From NCBI GenBank assembly GCA_963762255.1, contig CAVXKA010000002.1, positions 1,280,001-1,344,000 of the forward strand: DNA of 64,000 nt, read 5' to 3'. Shown piece after piece: positions 20,620 through 31,336 of the stretch. Position 1 is the stretch's first letter. Each line of letters opens with the position of its first letter. Under the pieces are notes generated by a model that was given only the letters and a program-made list of their open reading frames with translations, made no database searches and was not told the origin of the DNA. Source of the stretch: Candidatus Eiseniibacteriota bacterium. Its GTDB lineage: Bacteria > Eisenbacteria > RBG-16-71-46 > JABDJR01. The translations under genes and the position numbers were made by a program.

Positions 20620-22098
20620 GTGAGCAACCTGCTGACCCTGCTCGCCATCGTTATCGCCGTCGCGCTCTTCACCCGCGCCTCCGGCAATCCGCTCGGGCAC
20701 AGCGCGCCGTTCATGAGACGGCGCATCCTCAACTGGGTGCCGATGGGTATCGGTTACGCTTTCCTCTATTTCGGCCGCTATAACCTCACGGTGGCCAAGA
20801 ACGCGCTCGGCGACCTGATGACGAAGGCGGAGTTCGGGACGATCTTCGCCGCCGGCACGATCACCTATGCCTTCGCGTTCATCCTGAACGGTCCGCTCAC
20901 CGACCGCATCGGCGGCCGGCGGGCCATGATCATCTCCACCATCGGAGCGGCGGCCTCCAACATCGTGCTCGGCGTGCTCGTCTACATGCTGGCCGCGGGG
21001 CAGAACGAAGGCTGGTTCCTCTCCGGCCCGGGTAGGACGCTCCTCGCCGGATCGGGAAGCACGATGCTGCTGGTCCTCTTCTGCGTGCTCTACGCGATCA
21101 ACATGTACTTCCAGAGCTTCGGCGCGGTGAGCATCGTCAAGGTGAACAGCGGCTGGTTCCACGTCCGCGAGCGGGGCGTCTTCGGCGGGATCTTCGGGAT
21201 CCTCATCTCGGCCGGCGTCTTCTTCGCCTTCGACTTCGGCCAGTGGATCGTGGACGGACTCCACACCACGGGATCGGCGGCGGCGGTCGTGGTCTCTCCG
21301 CCATTCTGGGTCTTCTGGATCCCCGCTCTCCTCCTCCTGGGGGCCGCGCTCTGGATCTACCTCGTGGTCCGGGATCGCCCGGCGGAAGCGGGCTTCGCGA
21401 ATTTCGATACCGGCGATGCCTCCTCCGGCGAGAGCGACGAGCCCGATCCGATTCGCGTGATCCTCAAGAAGGTCGTCACCAACCCGATCGTGCTCACCAT
21501 CGGAGCCATCGAGTTCTGCACCGGCGTGCTGCGCCAGGGGATCATGCACTGGTACAGCATCTACGGCAGAGAGATGGGCTACTCCAAGGACTTCATCATC
21601 ACCGAGCACTGGGGCACGATGCTCTTCATCGCCGGCGCCACCGGAGGCATGACCGCGGGTTGGATCTCGGACAAGGTCTTCGGCTCCCGGCGAGGACCGG
21701 TAGCGGCGCTCCTGTACGGTCTCATGTTCATGTGCGTGCTGGTGATGGCGTTCTCGGTACAGACGCCCGGCTCCGGCGCGGTGGATGTCACCCGCATGTG
21801 GGTGCTCGCGGTTTGCGTGATCCTCATCTCCTACTGCGTGATCGGGACCCACGGCATGCTCTCGGGCACCGCCACGATGGACTTCGGCGGGCGCAAGAAC
21901 GCGGGAACCGCGGTGGGGCTCATCGACGGCCTTGTCTATCTCGGCACCGGCGTCCAGTCGCTGAGCCTGGGGTTCCTCACCGAGAAGTCGTGGTCCTACT
22001 GGCCGCCGTTCCTCATCCCGTTCGCGCTCATCGGCTTCCTTCTGGCTATGCGCATCTGGAAGGCGCTTCCGGAGGGGGCGCGCCGAGCAGCGCACTGA
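20620..22098 (+). CDS. MFS transporter, OPA/GlpT-like (organophosphate:Pi antiporter family)
   Basis: GYAFLYFGRYNL, WFHVRERG, GWISDKVFGSRRGP, DFGGRKNAGTAVGLIDG. Confidence 0.8.
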   Translation: MSNLLTLLAIVIAVALFTRASGNPLGHSAPFMRRRILNWVPMGIGYAFLYFGRYNLTVAKNALGDLMTKAEFGTIFAAGTITYAFAFILNGPLTDRIGGRRAMIISTIGAAASNIVLGVLVYMLAAGQNEGWFLSGPGRTLLAGSGSTMLLVLFCVLYAINMYFQSFGAVSIVKVNSGWFHVRERGVFGGIFGILISAGVFFAFDFGQWIVDGLHTTGSAAAVVVSPPFWVFWIPALLLLGAALWIYLVVRDRPAEAGFANFDTGDASSGESDEPDPIRVILKKVVTNPIVLTIGAIEFCTGVLRQGIMHWYSIYGREMGYSKDFIITEHWGTMLFIAGATGGMTAGWISDKVFGSRRGPVAALLYGLMFMCVLVMAFSVQTPGSGAVDVTRMWVLAVCVILISYCVIGTHGMLSGTATMDFGGRKNAGTAVGLIDGLVYLGTGVQSLSLGFLTEKSWSYWPPFLIPFALIGFLLAMRIWKALPEGARRAAH

Positions 22099-22153
22099 GC
22101 GCGGTTCAGCGCTCGCGCTCGGTTCGATCTCTGCGCGCGGTTCAGCGCTCGCG
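22099..22153. repeat. 19-nt direct repeat GCGCGGTTCAGCGCTCGCG (two copies, 36 nt apart)
   Basis: Copies at 22099-22117 and 22135-22153; the second covers the methyltransferase stop codon. Confidence 0.85.
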
Positions 22154-22939
22154 TTCCGCCGTCAGCGTGTAGCAGAGCGGCAGCCGCACCTCCATGTTCG
22201 CGAACGATGCAAAGATGTTGGCGATGTCGTGCCCGTACTCGCGGAAGGAGCGGATCGCGAACCCCGCGCCGAGGCAGCTTTCGAAGATATCCCCCAGCGT
22301 GTGATGGAAGGAATAGTGCGTGCGCGAGGCGTATTTCGTGTTGCCGTAGTAGTCGAGGCCGCTCGATTCAGCGACCGGGCCTTGCTCGAAGTACGAGTAG
22401 CGCGGCGCGGGGGGCGAGGCGCCCGGTTCGGGCTCGAACATGTCCGCCACCGGATGGATTTCGTAGAGGAGCATCCGGCCTCCGGGCTTCAAGAGCCGGG
22501 CCGCGATGCGGAAGAACTCGGCGAGGTCCGGCAGCCAGGTCAGCGCCCCCACGCTGACGTACGCGATGTCGAAGGAGGCGTCGTACTCGGCGGGGATGGC
22601 GTAGACATCGGCGCGAACGAACGTGCAGTCGATGTTTCCGGCGGCTGCCAGGTTGCGCGCCTCGTCGATGAACGCGTCCGAGATATCGAAGCCCACGCAC
22701 CGACCGGCGCCCAGGTTCTTGATCGAGAGGAGCTCGCGCCCGTTGTTGCAGCAGATCTGCACGACCGATTTGCCGGCGAGGTCGAAGTCGCGAAGGATCG
22801 CGGTCTCAATGGGGTCGAGGCAGGAAGTGCCGGGGCGGGCGAATTGCTCGCGGAGGCGCTCGAAGTTGCGGCGCGCGTGGACGGGGGCCGCCTCGTTCCA
22901 GGCGGCGCGGTTGGCTTCGGTGAAATCGTCGCGTTGCAT
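22142..22939 (-). CDS. Class I SAM-dependent methyltransferase
   Basis: VVQICCNNGRE motif-I variant, GFDIS, FDIAY, LLKPGG. Confidence 0.85.
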   Translation of the reverse strand: MQRDDFTEANRAAWNEAAPVHARRNFERLREQFARPGTSCLDPIETAILRDFDLAGKSVVQICCNNGRELLSIKNLGAGRCVGFDISDAFIDEARNLAAAGNIDCTFVRADVYAIPAEYDASFDIAYVSVGALTWLPDLAEFFRIAARLLKPGGRMLLYEIHPVADMFEPEPGASPPAPRYSYFEQGPVAESSGLDYYGNTKYASRTHYSFHHTLGDIFESCLGAGFAIRSFREYGHDIANIFASFANMEVRLPLCYTLTAERER

Positions 22940-22976
22940 GAGGTGCGTCCCTGCTGTGTTGCGGCGGCGGCCGCGG

Positions 22977-24386
<1,410 letters not shown>

Positions 24387-24453
24387 GGCGTGTCTCCTCG
24401 GTGACTGCAGGCTGAAACGAGCGCACTAGGGTAGCAAGGGAACGGCGGTGGGG

Positions 24454-25683
24454 CTACCAGAGCGCGCCGGCGGCGCGGTAGGCGTCGAGGAGCTTGGCGG
24501 CCACGTCGTCCCAGGTGCCGAGCGTTCTTGCCCGTGCGCGCGCTTCCGCGGAGAGCTTGCTCCGGCGGTCTGAGTCGGCGGCCAGGGCGATTGCCTCGCG
24601 CGCGAAGGCGGCGGCGTCACCTGACGGCACGAGCACTCCCGCTTCGCCGAGGATCTCCCGAGTGACCGGCGTGTCGAATGCGACCACCGGGAGGCCGGCT
24701 TCGAGGTAGGCGTAGAGCTTCTGGTTGCCTTCGGTGGCGCTGACCTTGGGGCTCAACGCTACCGTGCCCAACGCGAGCAGGCTCGCGAAGTCGGGATACG
24801 CGAAGCGGCCGGCGAAGATCATGAGGTCGGCGAGGCCGCGGCGCGCGGCTTCCGCGCGCCAGCGCGCTTCCGGGTAGCCGAGCACGAGTACGCGGCCGGG
24901 TTGCGTCGCGTCGCGCCCCGTCGTTCCGCGACTGGCCGCCTCACGCAGGGCTTCACCCAGTGCGAAGAGATGCTGCGTGCCCTGGTGTTCGCCAAGCACT
25001 CCGGCGTAGAGGAAGACCGGCTGGTCGAGCCCAAGGCCCCAGCGCTCGCGGGCCGCCCGCGTGCGCGCGGGATCCGGGGGCCCAAGCGTTCCCGCGTCGC
25101 CCACCGCGCGCACGCGTTCCGCGGGAACGCGGAACCGCGCGCGTAGCGCGCGGGCGGCCCCGGCGTGGCTCGTGACGACGACGTCCGCGCTCCGATCGAG
25201 CCAACCCTCGAGGGCTTCCAGCGGTCGTCGCACCAGCGCGATGTCCGGGAGAAAGCGGTGGTCGAGCGTCTCGTCGGCGAGCCCCCCCTGCACGTCGAGC
25301 ACGCGGGGAAGACGCCGGCCCTCGGCATCCAACTCGCGAATGCCGAGCGCGATCCCGATCCCCTCGTGAAGGTGGGCGTGAATCACGTGCGGCCGGCGCT
25401 CCCGCGCCACGCGGCGCACCAACCCCACGAGCCCGGCGTCCAGGGCGAGCTTGCCCCACGCCGGTCCCGCGGAACGTTTCGCATACCCCGGGAGCCGCGC
25501 GGCGCGCCGCACGTCCAGATCCGCGACGTCATCCCCCAGGAAGTACGTGCAGATCGTGACCTCGGCGCCCGCGCGCATCAACGCGCGCGATTCTTCCAGG
25601 ATGCGCACGTGGCACCCGCGGTCGGAGAAGAACGGTGTGGGCGCGATCATGAGCACGCGCAGCCCCGCCGCGGGTTGCGTCAT
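24454..25683 (-). CDS. GT4 (GT-B) glycosyltransferase
   Basis: LRVLMIAPTPFFSDRGCHVRI, IHAHLHEG, KLYAYLEAGLPVVA; start at MTQPAAG. Confidence 0.85.
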   Translation of the reverse strand: MTQPAAGLRVLMIAPTPFFSDRGCHVRILEESRALMRAGAEVTICTYFLGDDVADLDVRRAARLPGYAKRSAGPAWGKLALDAGLVGLVRRVARERRPHVIHAHLHEGIGIALGIRELDAEGRRLPRVLDVQGGLADETLDHRFLPDIALVRRPLEALEGWLDRSADVVVTSHAGAARALRARFRVPAERVRAVGDAGTLGPPDPARTRAARERWGLGLDQPVFLYAGVLGEHQGTQHLFALGEALREAASRGTTGRDATQPGRVLVLGYPEARWRAEAARRGLADLMIFAGRFAYPDFASLLALGTVALSPKVSATEGNQKLYAYLEAGLPVVAFDTPVTREILGEAGVLVPSGDAAAFAREAIALAADSDRRSKLSAEARARARTLGTWDDVAAKLLDAYRAAGALW

Positions 25684-25690
25684 GAAGCGC

Positions 25691-26686
25691 TCAGCTTCCC
25701 GGCTCGCGCGGCGCGGACTCGGAAGCCCCCGCCTCCGGCTCGAGTGCCCGCACGCGATCGGGGTGCCGGTCGCGATAGTGCAGGTAGACCATGAGCTCGC
25801 CCAGAAACCCGATGGCCAATGCCTGCAAGCCCGCGGTGATGAGCAAGAGTCCCAGCAATAGGAGCGGCCGGCCTGCCAACGGCCGGGACAAGAACAATCG
25901 CTCCCATACAAGCCAGAGGGTCAAGAGCGACCCCAGCACCAGCGGTCCCAGCCCGAGCAACCCGAACACCCGCAACGGGCTCCCGGTGCTGCGCGCGAGG
26001 AACATCACGGTGAGGAAGTCGAGCATGCGCGCAAGGTAGGAGCGCACCGTGCGCCGCTCCCGGCGGCGATCGCCCTCGACGACGCGCGCGGACACATGCA
26101 CGGTCGCAAACCCTTCCATGGCCACGAGAATAGGCAGATATCGGTGGAGGTCGCCCTGAAGCGGCAACGCCGCCGCCGCCTCGCGCGTGAGCCCGCACAC
26201 CTGACATCCCGCGTCGCGCACCGTGACCCTGCTCACCCGGGTGAGCACGCGGTTGAGCGCTCGGCGCTGCCAGCCGCCCGCGCGCGCGCCGGACTCGGTC
26301 ACGCGCTCCACCAGGACGCAGTCGGCGCCCGACTCCAGCGCGGAGGCGACCTCGGGAAGCACGCTCAAATCGGTCTGCGGATAGGGCGGCACCCGCACCA
26401 ACATATCGCCACGCGCCTCGCGGATGGCCGCAGACAGAACCGCCGCCTCCCCCATGCGCTGGTGCAGATCGACGATGCGGAAGTCCCCGCGCCCGGCGAC
26501 ATGCTCGCGCAGTCCCGCCGCCTCGCGAGCGCGATGGCCGTCGAATACGAACACCGCCTCAGCGGCGCCCCGACGGTCCGCGACGAACCGCTCGACCTCG
26601 GCGAGCCACGACGAGGAAGGATCCCAGCGATCCGAGACCGGCACCAGCACGCTCACGCGCACCGCATGCGCCGCCACAACGCTCAT
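25691..26686 (-). CDS. GT2 ArnC/DPM1-like protein with two C-terminal TMs and degenerate catalytic motifs
   Basis: VSVLVPV, DAGCQV, GDLHRYLP, RPLLLLG...IGFLGEL; DDGS and DADLQ motifs replaced. Confidence 0.75.
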   Translation of the reverse strand: MSVVAAHAVRVSVLVPVSDRWDPSSSWLAEVERFVADRRGAAEAVFVFDGHRAREAAGLREHVAGRGDFRIVDLHQRMGEAAVLSAAIREARGDMLVRVPPYPQTDLSVLPEVASALESGADCVLVERVTESGARAGGWQRRALNRVLTRVSRVTVRDAGCQVCGLTREAAAALPLQGDLHRYLPILVAMEGFATVHVSARVVEGDRRRERRTVRSYLARMLDFLTVMFLARSTGSPLRVFGLLGLGPLVLGSLLTLWLVWERLFLSRPLAGRPLLLLGLLLITAGLQALAIGFLGELMVYLHYRDRHPDRVRALEPEAGASESAPREPGS

Positions 26687-27663
26687 GCCCGCGCCTCCTC
26701 GCCGCGCAAGGGCTCGACCCCGAGCTGCAAGTGCGACGGCTCCAGCCGCAGCAACAGTTCCGCGAAGAACCCGGCCGCCACCATCGACGCCGCGCCGAAG
26801 CCCAGGATGAGCGACGCGCCGATCCATACCACGCTCAGCGGCGAGTGCTCTTCGACCATGGGCACCACGCTCACGGCCGCCGCGACCAGCATCCCGAACG
26901 CAAGCGGCGCGGCCAGCCGGAAAAACCACAGAGACGGTCGCCGCCGGTGCCGCAAGAGCATCTGCATCGCGATCACATCGGCGAGCACCCGCAGCACGCG
27001 CCCCGTTCCATACTTGGAACGACCTGTGCGCCGCGGCTCGTGCGCCACTTCGATCTCCCGAACCCGCGCGCCGTGCAGCGCGCACACCGCGGTGACGAGC
27101 CGATGATGATCGCCGTAGAGATGCAGGCGATCGATCACCTCGCGCCGGTAGGCCTTGAGCGCGCAGCCATGATCGTGGATGGGAATGCCGGTGGCATGAC
27201 GGATCCACGCGTTGGCCAGCGTGGAGGGAAGACGGCGGCTGAACCAGCGATCCCGCCGGTGACGGCGCCATCCAGTGACCACGTCCGCGCCTTCATCCAG
27301 CGCGTGCACGAGCCGCGGGATCTCCTCGGGCGGATTCTGCAGATCCGCGTCCAGCGTGACGATCACCGCTCCGCGCGCTCGGGCGAGCCCGGCTTTGAGC
27401 GCAGCGGTCTGGCCGAGACGCCGCCGCGCGGCAAAGATGCGCAGGCGCGGCTCCGTCGCGGCAAGCGCGCGCAGCACGGACGCGGTGCCGTCTGTGCTTC
27501 CGTCGTCCACGACCACCAGCTCCCACGACCGCGCGAGCGACTCGAGCGCTTTTCGCACCCGCGCCACAAGCTCCGGCAGCGACCCGGCCTCGTCAAAGGC
27601 GGGAACGACGATGGAAATCTCCGGAGGCGCCGGCGCCGGGGTCGAAAGGGCTTCCTCAACCAT
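26683..27663 (-). CDS. GT2 polyprenyl-phosphate glycosyltransferase (ArnC/DPM1-like)
   Basis: ISIVVPAFDE, VDDGSTD, TLDADLQNPP, DHGCALKAYR, GRSKYG, two C-terminal TMs. Confidence 0.88.
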   Translation of the reverse strand: MVEEALSTPAPAPPEISIVVPAFDEAGSLPELVARVRKALESLARSWELVVVDDGSTDGTASVLRALAATEPRLRIFAARRRLGQTAALKAGLARARGAVIVTLDADLQNPPEEIPRLVHALDEGADVVTGWRRHRRDRWFSRRLPSTLANAWIRHATGIPIHDHGCALKAYRREVIDRLHLYGDHHRLVTAVCALHGARVREIEVAHEPRRTGRSKYGTGRVLRVLADVIAMQMLLRHRRRPSLWFFRLAAPLAFGMLVAAAVSVVPMVEEHSPLSVVWIGASLILGFGAASMVAAGFFAELLLRLEPSHLQLGVEPLRGEEARA

Positions 27664-27689
27664 GCCGGGACTATAGCCACGACGCCGCC

Positions 27690-27718
27690 TTGACACCACC
27701 CCCGCCGCTTTCTACTGT
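27690..27718 (+). promoter_or_regulatory. sigma70-type promoter of the rightward glycosylation operon
   Basis: TTGACA-N17-TACTGT, 20 nt upstream of the flippase ATG. Confidence 0.65.
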
Positions 27719-27738
27719 CGCGCGACCTCATCCACACC

Positions 27739-29262
27739 ATGAACACCACATCCGCCCCCGCCATCCGCTCCGCCGTCCACGAAGGCGCCTTCTGGCTCTT
27801 CGTGGGTTCGGGAGGCCAGAAGTTCTTCGGCCTTCTCTCGGGGGTCGCGCTCGCGCGGCTCTTGGCCCCTCGCGATTTCGGCGCGTTCGCGCTCGCCGCG
27901 TTCAGCTACGAACTCGCCAACCTCTTCAGCGGGCTCGGCGCGGCGCAGTATGTCGTGGCGGCGCGCGAACCCGAACGCCATCTCGACGCGGCCTTCCGCT
28001 TGAACCTGGCCATGGCGGTCGGTCTCGCCGTGCTCCTCGTTGCGTTCGGCCCCGTCGCCGCCGCGTTCTTCCACGAGCCGCGGCTCCCATGGCTCATCGC
28101 GGGGCTCGCCGCAGCGCTGCCGCTGGGCGCGATCGGCGCGGTGCAGGGCGCGCTCCTCGATCGCGAACTCCGATTGGGTGCGGTGGCGCGCCGACGCATG
28201 GCGGTGAACCTCGGCGGGGTCGTCGTCACCGTGTTGCTCGCCGCGTTCGGCGCCGGCGTGTGGGCGCTCGTGATCCCGGTGCCGTTGAAATCCCTGGCGA
28301 CTTCGTGGTTCAACCTGCGACTGCACGCGTGGCGTCCTTCGCGCGCGCGACACACCGAGGGCGCGCGGCAGGTGTTCGACTACGGGCGTCACATCCTGGG
28401 AACCAAGATCGCCGGCTTCCTCACGCATCAGCTCGACAACGCGGTGGTGGGGCGCGTACTCGGCGCGACCTCGCTCGGCCTCTACGATTTTGCGTATCAG
28501 GCGGCCATGATGCCGCTGCGCTGGGGAGGCGACATCACGACACGCCTCGCGTTTCCCGCACTGGCGTCGCAGGCGCGCCGCGATGAGAGCGCGCGCCGCG
28601 CGGAGAGCCTGCGCGCCCCGGAGACCGAAGCGCGCGGCCGCGATGAGCGCACGGACGACTCCGCGTTCCTCACCGCCTGCGGATGGATCGCGTTCACCGC
28701 GGCACCGGTCGTGACCGGTCTCGTGATCGTCGCTCCCGACTGGGTGCGCGTGCTCTACGGCCCCAAGTGGGAGGCGACGATCCCGCTCATCCGCACGCTG
28801 GCCCCCGCCGCGTTCGCGGTGCTTCTCGCGCGCCCCGCCATGGCGTGGCTGCAGGCTAACGGCCGCGAGGCGTGGCCGGCGCGGGTGCAGATCGCCACGC
28901 TCCCCCTCTTCGCCGTCGCTCTCGCGCTGACCGTGCCGCGCGGGATCGGCGCGGTGGCGGCGGGCATGGCCGCGGTCCTCACCCTGCAGAGCGCGCTCCT
29001 CGTGGTGGCGGCGTTGCGCGCGGGAGCGGCGTCCTGGGTGGCCTGGGCGCGCTCGCTCTGGTCGGGCCTTCTCCCCTCCCTTATCATGGCGGCTGTATTG
29101 TGGCCGGCGGCGGGATGGATCGGGCGCGCGCCGGTGGCGGGGCGTCTCGGTGCGCTCATCGGCATCGGCCTCGCGGTCTTCGTCGGCGTCTCGATGGTTC
29201 TTTCCCGTGAACGGTGGCGCGAACTCGTCGCGCTCTTGCGCCAAGGCCGGCGCCGGTCCTGA
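27739..29262 (+). CDS. Oligosaccharide flippase (Wzx/PST family)
   Basis: LARLLAPRDFG, LDNAVVGRVLGATSLGLY, VLYGPKW; about 12-14 TM segments. Confidence 0.85.
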   Translation: MNTTSAPAIRSAVHEGAFWLFVGSGGQKFFGLLSGVALARLLAPRDFGAFALAAFSYELANLFSGLGAAQYVVAAREPERHLDAAFRLNLAMAVGLAVLLVAFGPVAAAFFHEPRLPWLIAGLAAALPLGAIGAVQGALLDRELRLGAVARRRMAVNLGGVVVTVLLAAFGAGVWALVIPVPLKSLATSWFNLRLHAWRPSRARHTEGARQVFDYGRHILGTKIAGFLTHQLDNAVVGRVLGATSLGLYDFAYQAAMMPLRWGGDITTRLAFPALASQARRDESARRAESLRAPETEARGRDERTDDSAFLTACGWIAFTAAPVVTGLVIVAPDWVRVLYGPKWEATIPLIRTLAPAAFAVLLARPAMAWLQANGREAWPARVQIATLPLFAVALALTVPRGIGAVAAGMAAVLTLQSALLVVAALRAGAASWVAWARSLWSGLLPSLIMAAVLWPAAGWIGRAPVAGRLGALIGIGLAVFVGVSMVLSRERWRELVALLRQGRRRS

Positions 29263-29300
29263 CGGTCGGCGGTCCCGACTGCCCTTCGTAACGGAGGCTC

Positions 29301-30365
29301 ATGCGATCCCTGCGAGAGATCCAGCGACGGCGCCGCATGTGGCGCGCGCACACCGAGGGCGCGACGCGTCTCGACTATGCGCCGCTCGAGGTATGGATCG
29401 AGCCGACCAACCACTGCAACCTGCGCTGCGTGAAGTGTCCCCACGCGGTGGGACTCAAGCGCGCGAAGGGGTTCATGGATCCCGCGCTGTTCCGACGGGT
29501 CGTGGACGAGGTGTCGCAGTACGCCTTCACGGTGAGCCTGCACATGGGAGGCGAGTCGCTCATCCACAAGGGACTTCCCGAGCTGATCTCCTACGCCTCC
29601 GGTAAAGGTCTTCGCACGGTGCTCCACACGAACGCCACGCTCTTGACCGAAGAGCGCTCGCGCGCATTGGTGGGCTCGGGGCTCTCGCTGATCAGTTTCT
29701 CGATCGACGGCGAAGATTCCGAGACCTATGAATCGATGGACGCGGGCGGCAAGTTCGAACGCACACTCGACGGCGTGCGCACGTTCCTGCGTGTCAAGCG
29801 CGAGGCGCGCACACGCAAGCCCTTCACGGTGGTGCAGATGCTCACGCCGTCGCCGCAGATCGCGAACCCGGACGGGCAGAGCGTCTTGCTGGGTCTAGGC
29901 GCGGACTACCTCAAGATCGCGGGCTTCCATAGCTGGAGCGGCGCGTTCTCGCGCGACGGCAAGGAGGCGATTCCGGAACGCGGGTTCGAGAAGTTGCGGC
30001 GCGACCCCACCGAGTACGCGCCCTGCCACAATCTCTGGTACGGCATCACCGTGTTCTGGGACGGGAAGGTCGCTCCGTGCTGCATGGACATGGAAGGCGA
30101 GTATCCTGTCGGGAACATCACCGAGCGACCGCTGCTCGAACTCTGGAACAACGACCGCATGGTCGCGCTACGCACGGCGCTGGTAGAGCGCCGCCACGAG
30201 GAGCAGGATCTCTGCCGCGACTGCGCCTATCTCTGGGGCAAGGCGCCGGGCTCCGCCTGGCAGGATGCGCGCGGCCTCGCCAAGCAGGCGCTGCGCGAAC
30301 GCGCGCCCGGGCTCGCCCGAGCGCTGGGCGTGCGCCGCTGGGGGAGGATGGATTGGAATATGTGA
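29301..30365 (+). CDS. Radical SAM protein with SPASM/twitch domain
   Basis: CNLRCVKC (CxxxCxxC), GGES, C-terminal PCHNLW...PCCMD...CRDC. Confidence 0.9.
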   Translation: MRSLREIQRRRRMWRAHTEGATRLDYAPLEVWIEPTNHCNLRCVKCPHAVGLKRAKGFMDPALFRRVVDEVSQYAFTVSLHMGGESLIHKGLPELISYASGKGLRTVLHTNATLLTEERSRALVGSGLSLISFSIDGEDSETYESMDAGGKFERTLDGVRTFLRVKREARTRKPFTVVQMLTPSPQIANPDGQSVLLGLGADYLKIAGFHSWSGAFSRDGKEAIPERGFEKLRRDPTEYAPCHNLWYGITVFWDGKVAPCCMDMEGEYPVGNITERPLLELWNNDRMVALRTALVERRHEEQDLCRDCAYLWGKAPGSAWQDARGLAKQALRERAPGLARALGVRRWGRMDWNM

Positions 30366-31336
30366 TCGCCGCGCTCCGCCGCGCCGTCGGGGACGTCCCC
30401 GAGAGCGCGTGGCGAGTGGAGGCGATGCCGCGCGCGGGCGAAGCGCTGGAGATGGCGCGCATCCGAGTGGACGCGCCTCTGCCGCGCGCGTGGGTGGCCA
30501 AGCGTCTCCATCCGCGATTGCTGCGCGAGCGAGCGGCGTACACGGGTCCTCTGTCCGGCACCGGGATCGCTCCGCGACTCGAAGCGCAAGTCGAGGCGAG
30601 GGACGGCACACTCTGGCTCGTCTTCGACGACGCGGGGCACGCGCTCTCGCCTTCGGACCTCTGCGCATCGCCGGATGAAGCGGCGGAATTGCTGGCGCGC
30701 GTGCACGCGATCCCGTGGCGTCCGGCGCCGCGTCCACCGTGGCCACGACCGGTGCATGTCGTACACGGACGGCGGCACTTGGCCGGCGAGTGGCGCATCG
30801 CGCTCGGGCGCGCGCAGGCGGGTGTGGTCGGCCGCGTGATCGATGCGGATCTCCTTCCTTCGCCGGAAGAGGCGTACGCGGTCTTCGAACGCACGTGGTC
30901 GGCGATGAGCGCGCGCGGCGAATCGTTCGTGCACGGGGACCTCCAGGCGGCCAACCTGGTGCGCGGTGCCGACGGAGCACTGCGCGCGATCGACTGGAGC
31001 CAGTGGGGATACGGGCCTTCGCTCCTGGACGTGGCGGGTCTGGCCGCGGACATGGACGAGCGAGGCCGCGAGCGATTCCTCGACGCGTATCTCGATGCGC
31101 GCGGCCGCGCGAGCGATCGTGGTGCGGCGACCGGCCCCGCACGGACCGGTCCCGACGAGCTTCAGCTCTGGCGCGCAGCGATGGCGCAGGCGCTCCCCTA
31201 TCGCATCTTCCTCGGCCTGGCTGTGCTCGCCGAGTACGCGCTGCGCGGAACGCGCGCCGACGCGGTGTGTGCGCGCCTTCCCGAACGCGTCGCCGCCTGG
31301 CGCGCGGCTCGCGAGGAGGCCGCGTCATGGAAGTGA
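30362..31336 (+). CDS. APH/choline-kinase-like phosphotransferase
   Basis: HGDLQAANL (Brenner motif), AIDWSQWG; GTG start overlaps the upstream TGA. Confidence 0.75.
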   Translation: MIAALRRAVGDVPESAWRVEAMPRAGEALEMARIRVDAPLPRAWVAKRLHPRLLRERAAYTGPLSGTGIAPRLEAQVEARDGTLWLVFDDAGHALSPSDLCASPDEAAELLARVHAIPWRPAPRPPWPRPVHVVHGRRHLAGEWRIALGRAQAGVVGRVIDADLLPSPEEAYAVFERTWSAMSARGESFVHGDLQAANLVRGADGALRAIDWSQWGYGPSLLDVAGLAADMDERGRERFLDAYLDARGRASDRGAATGPARTGPDELQLWRAAMAQALPYRIFLGLAVLAEYALRGTRADAVCARLPERVAAWRAAREEAASWK

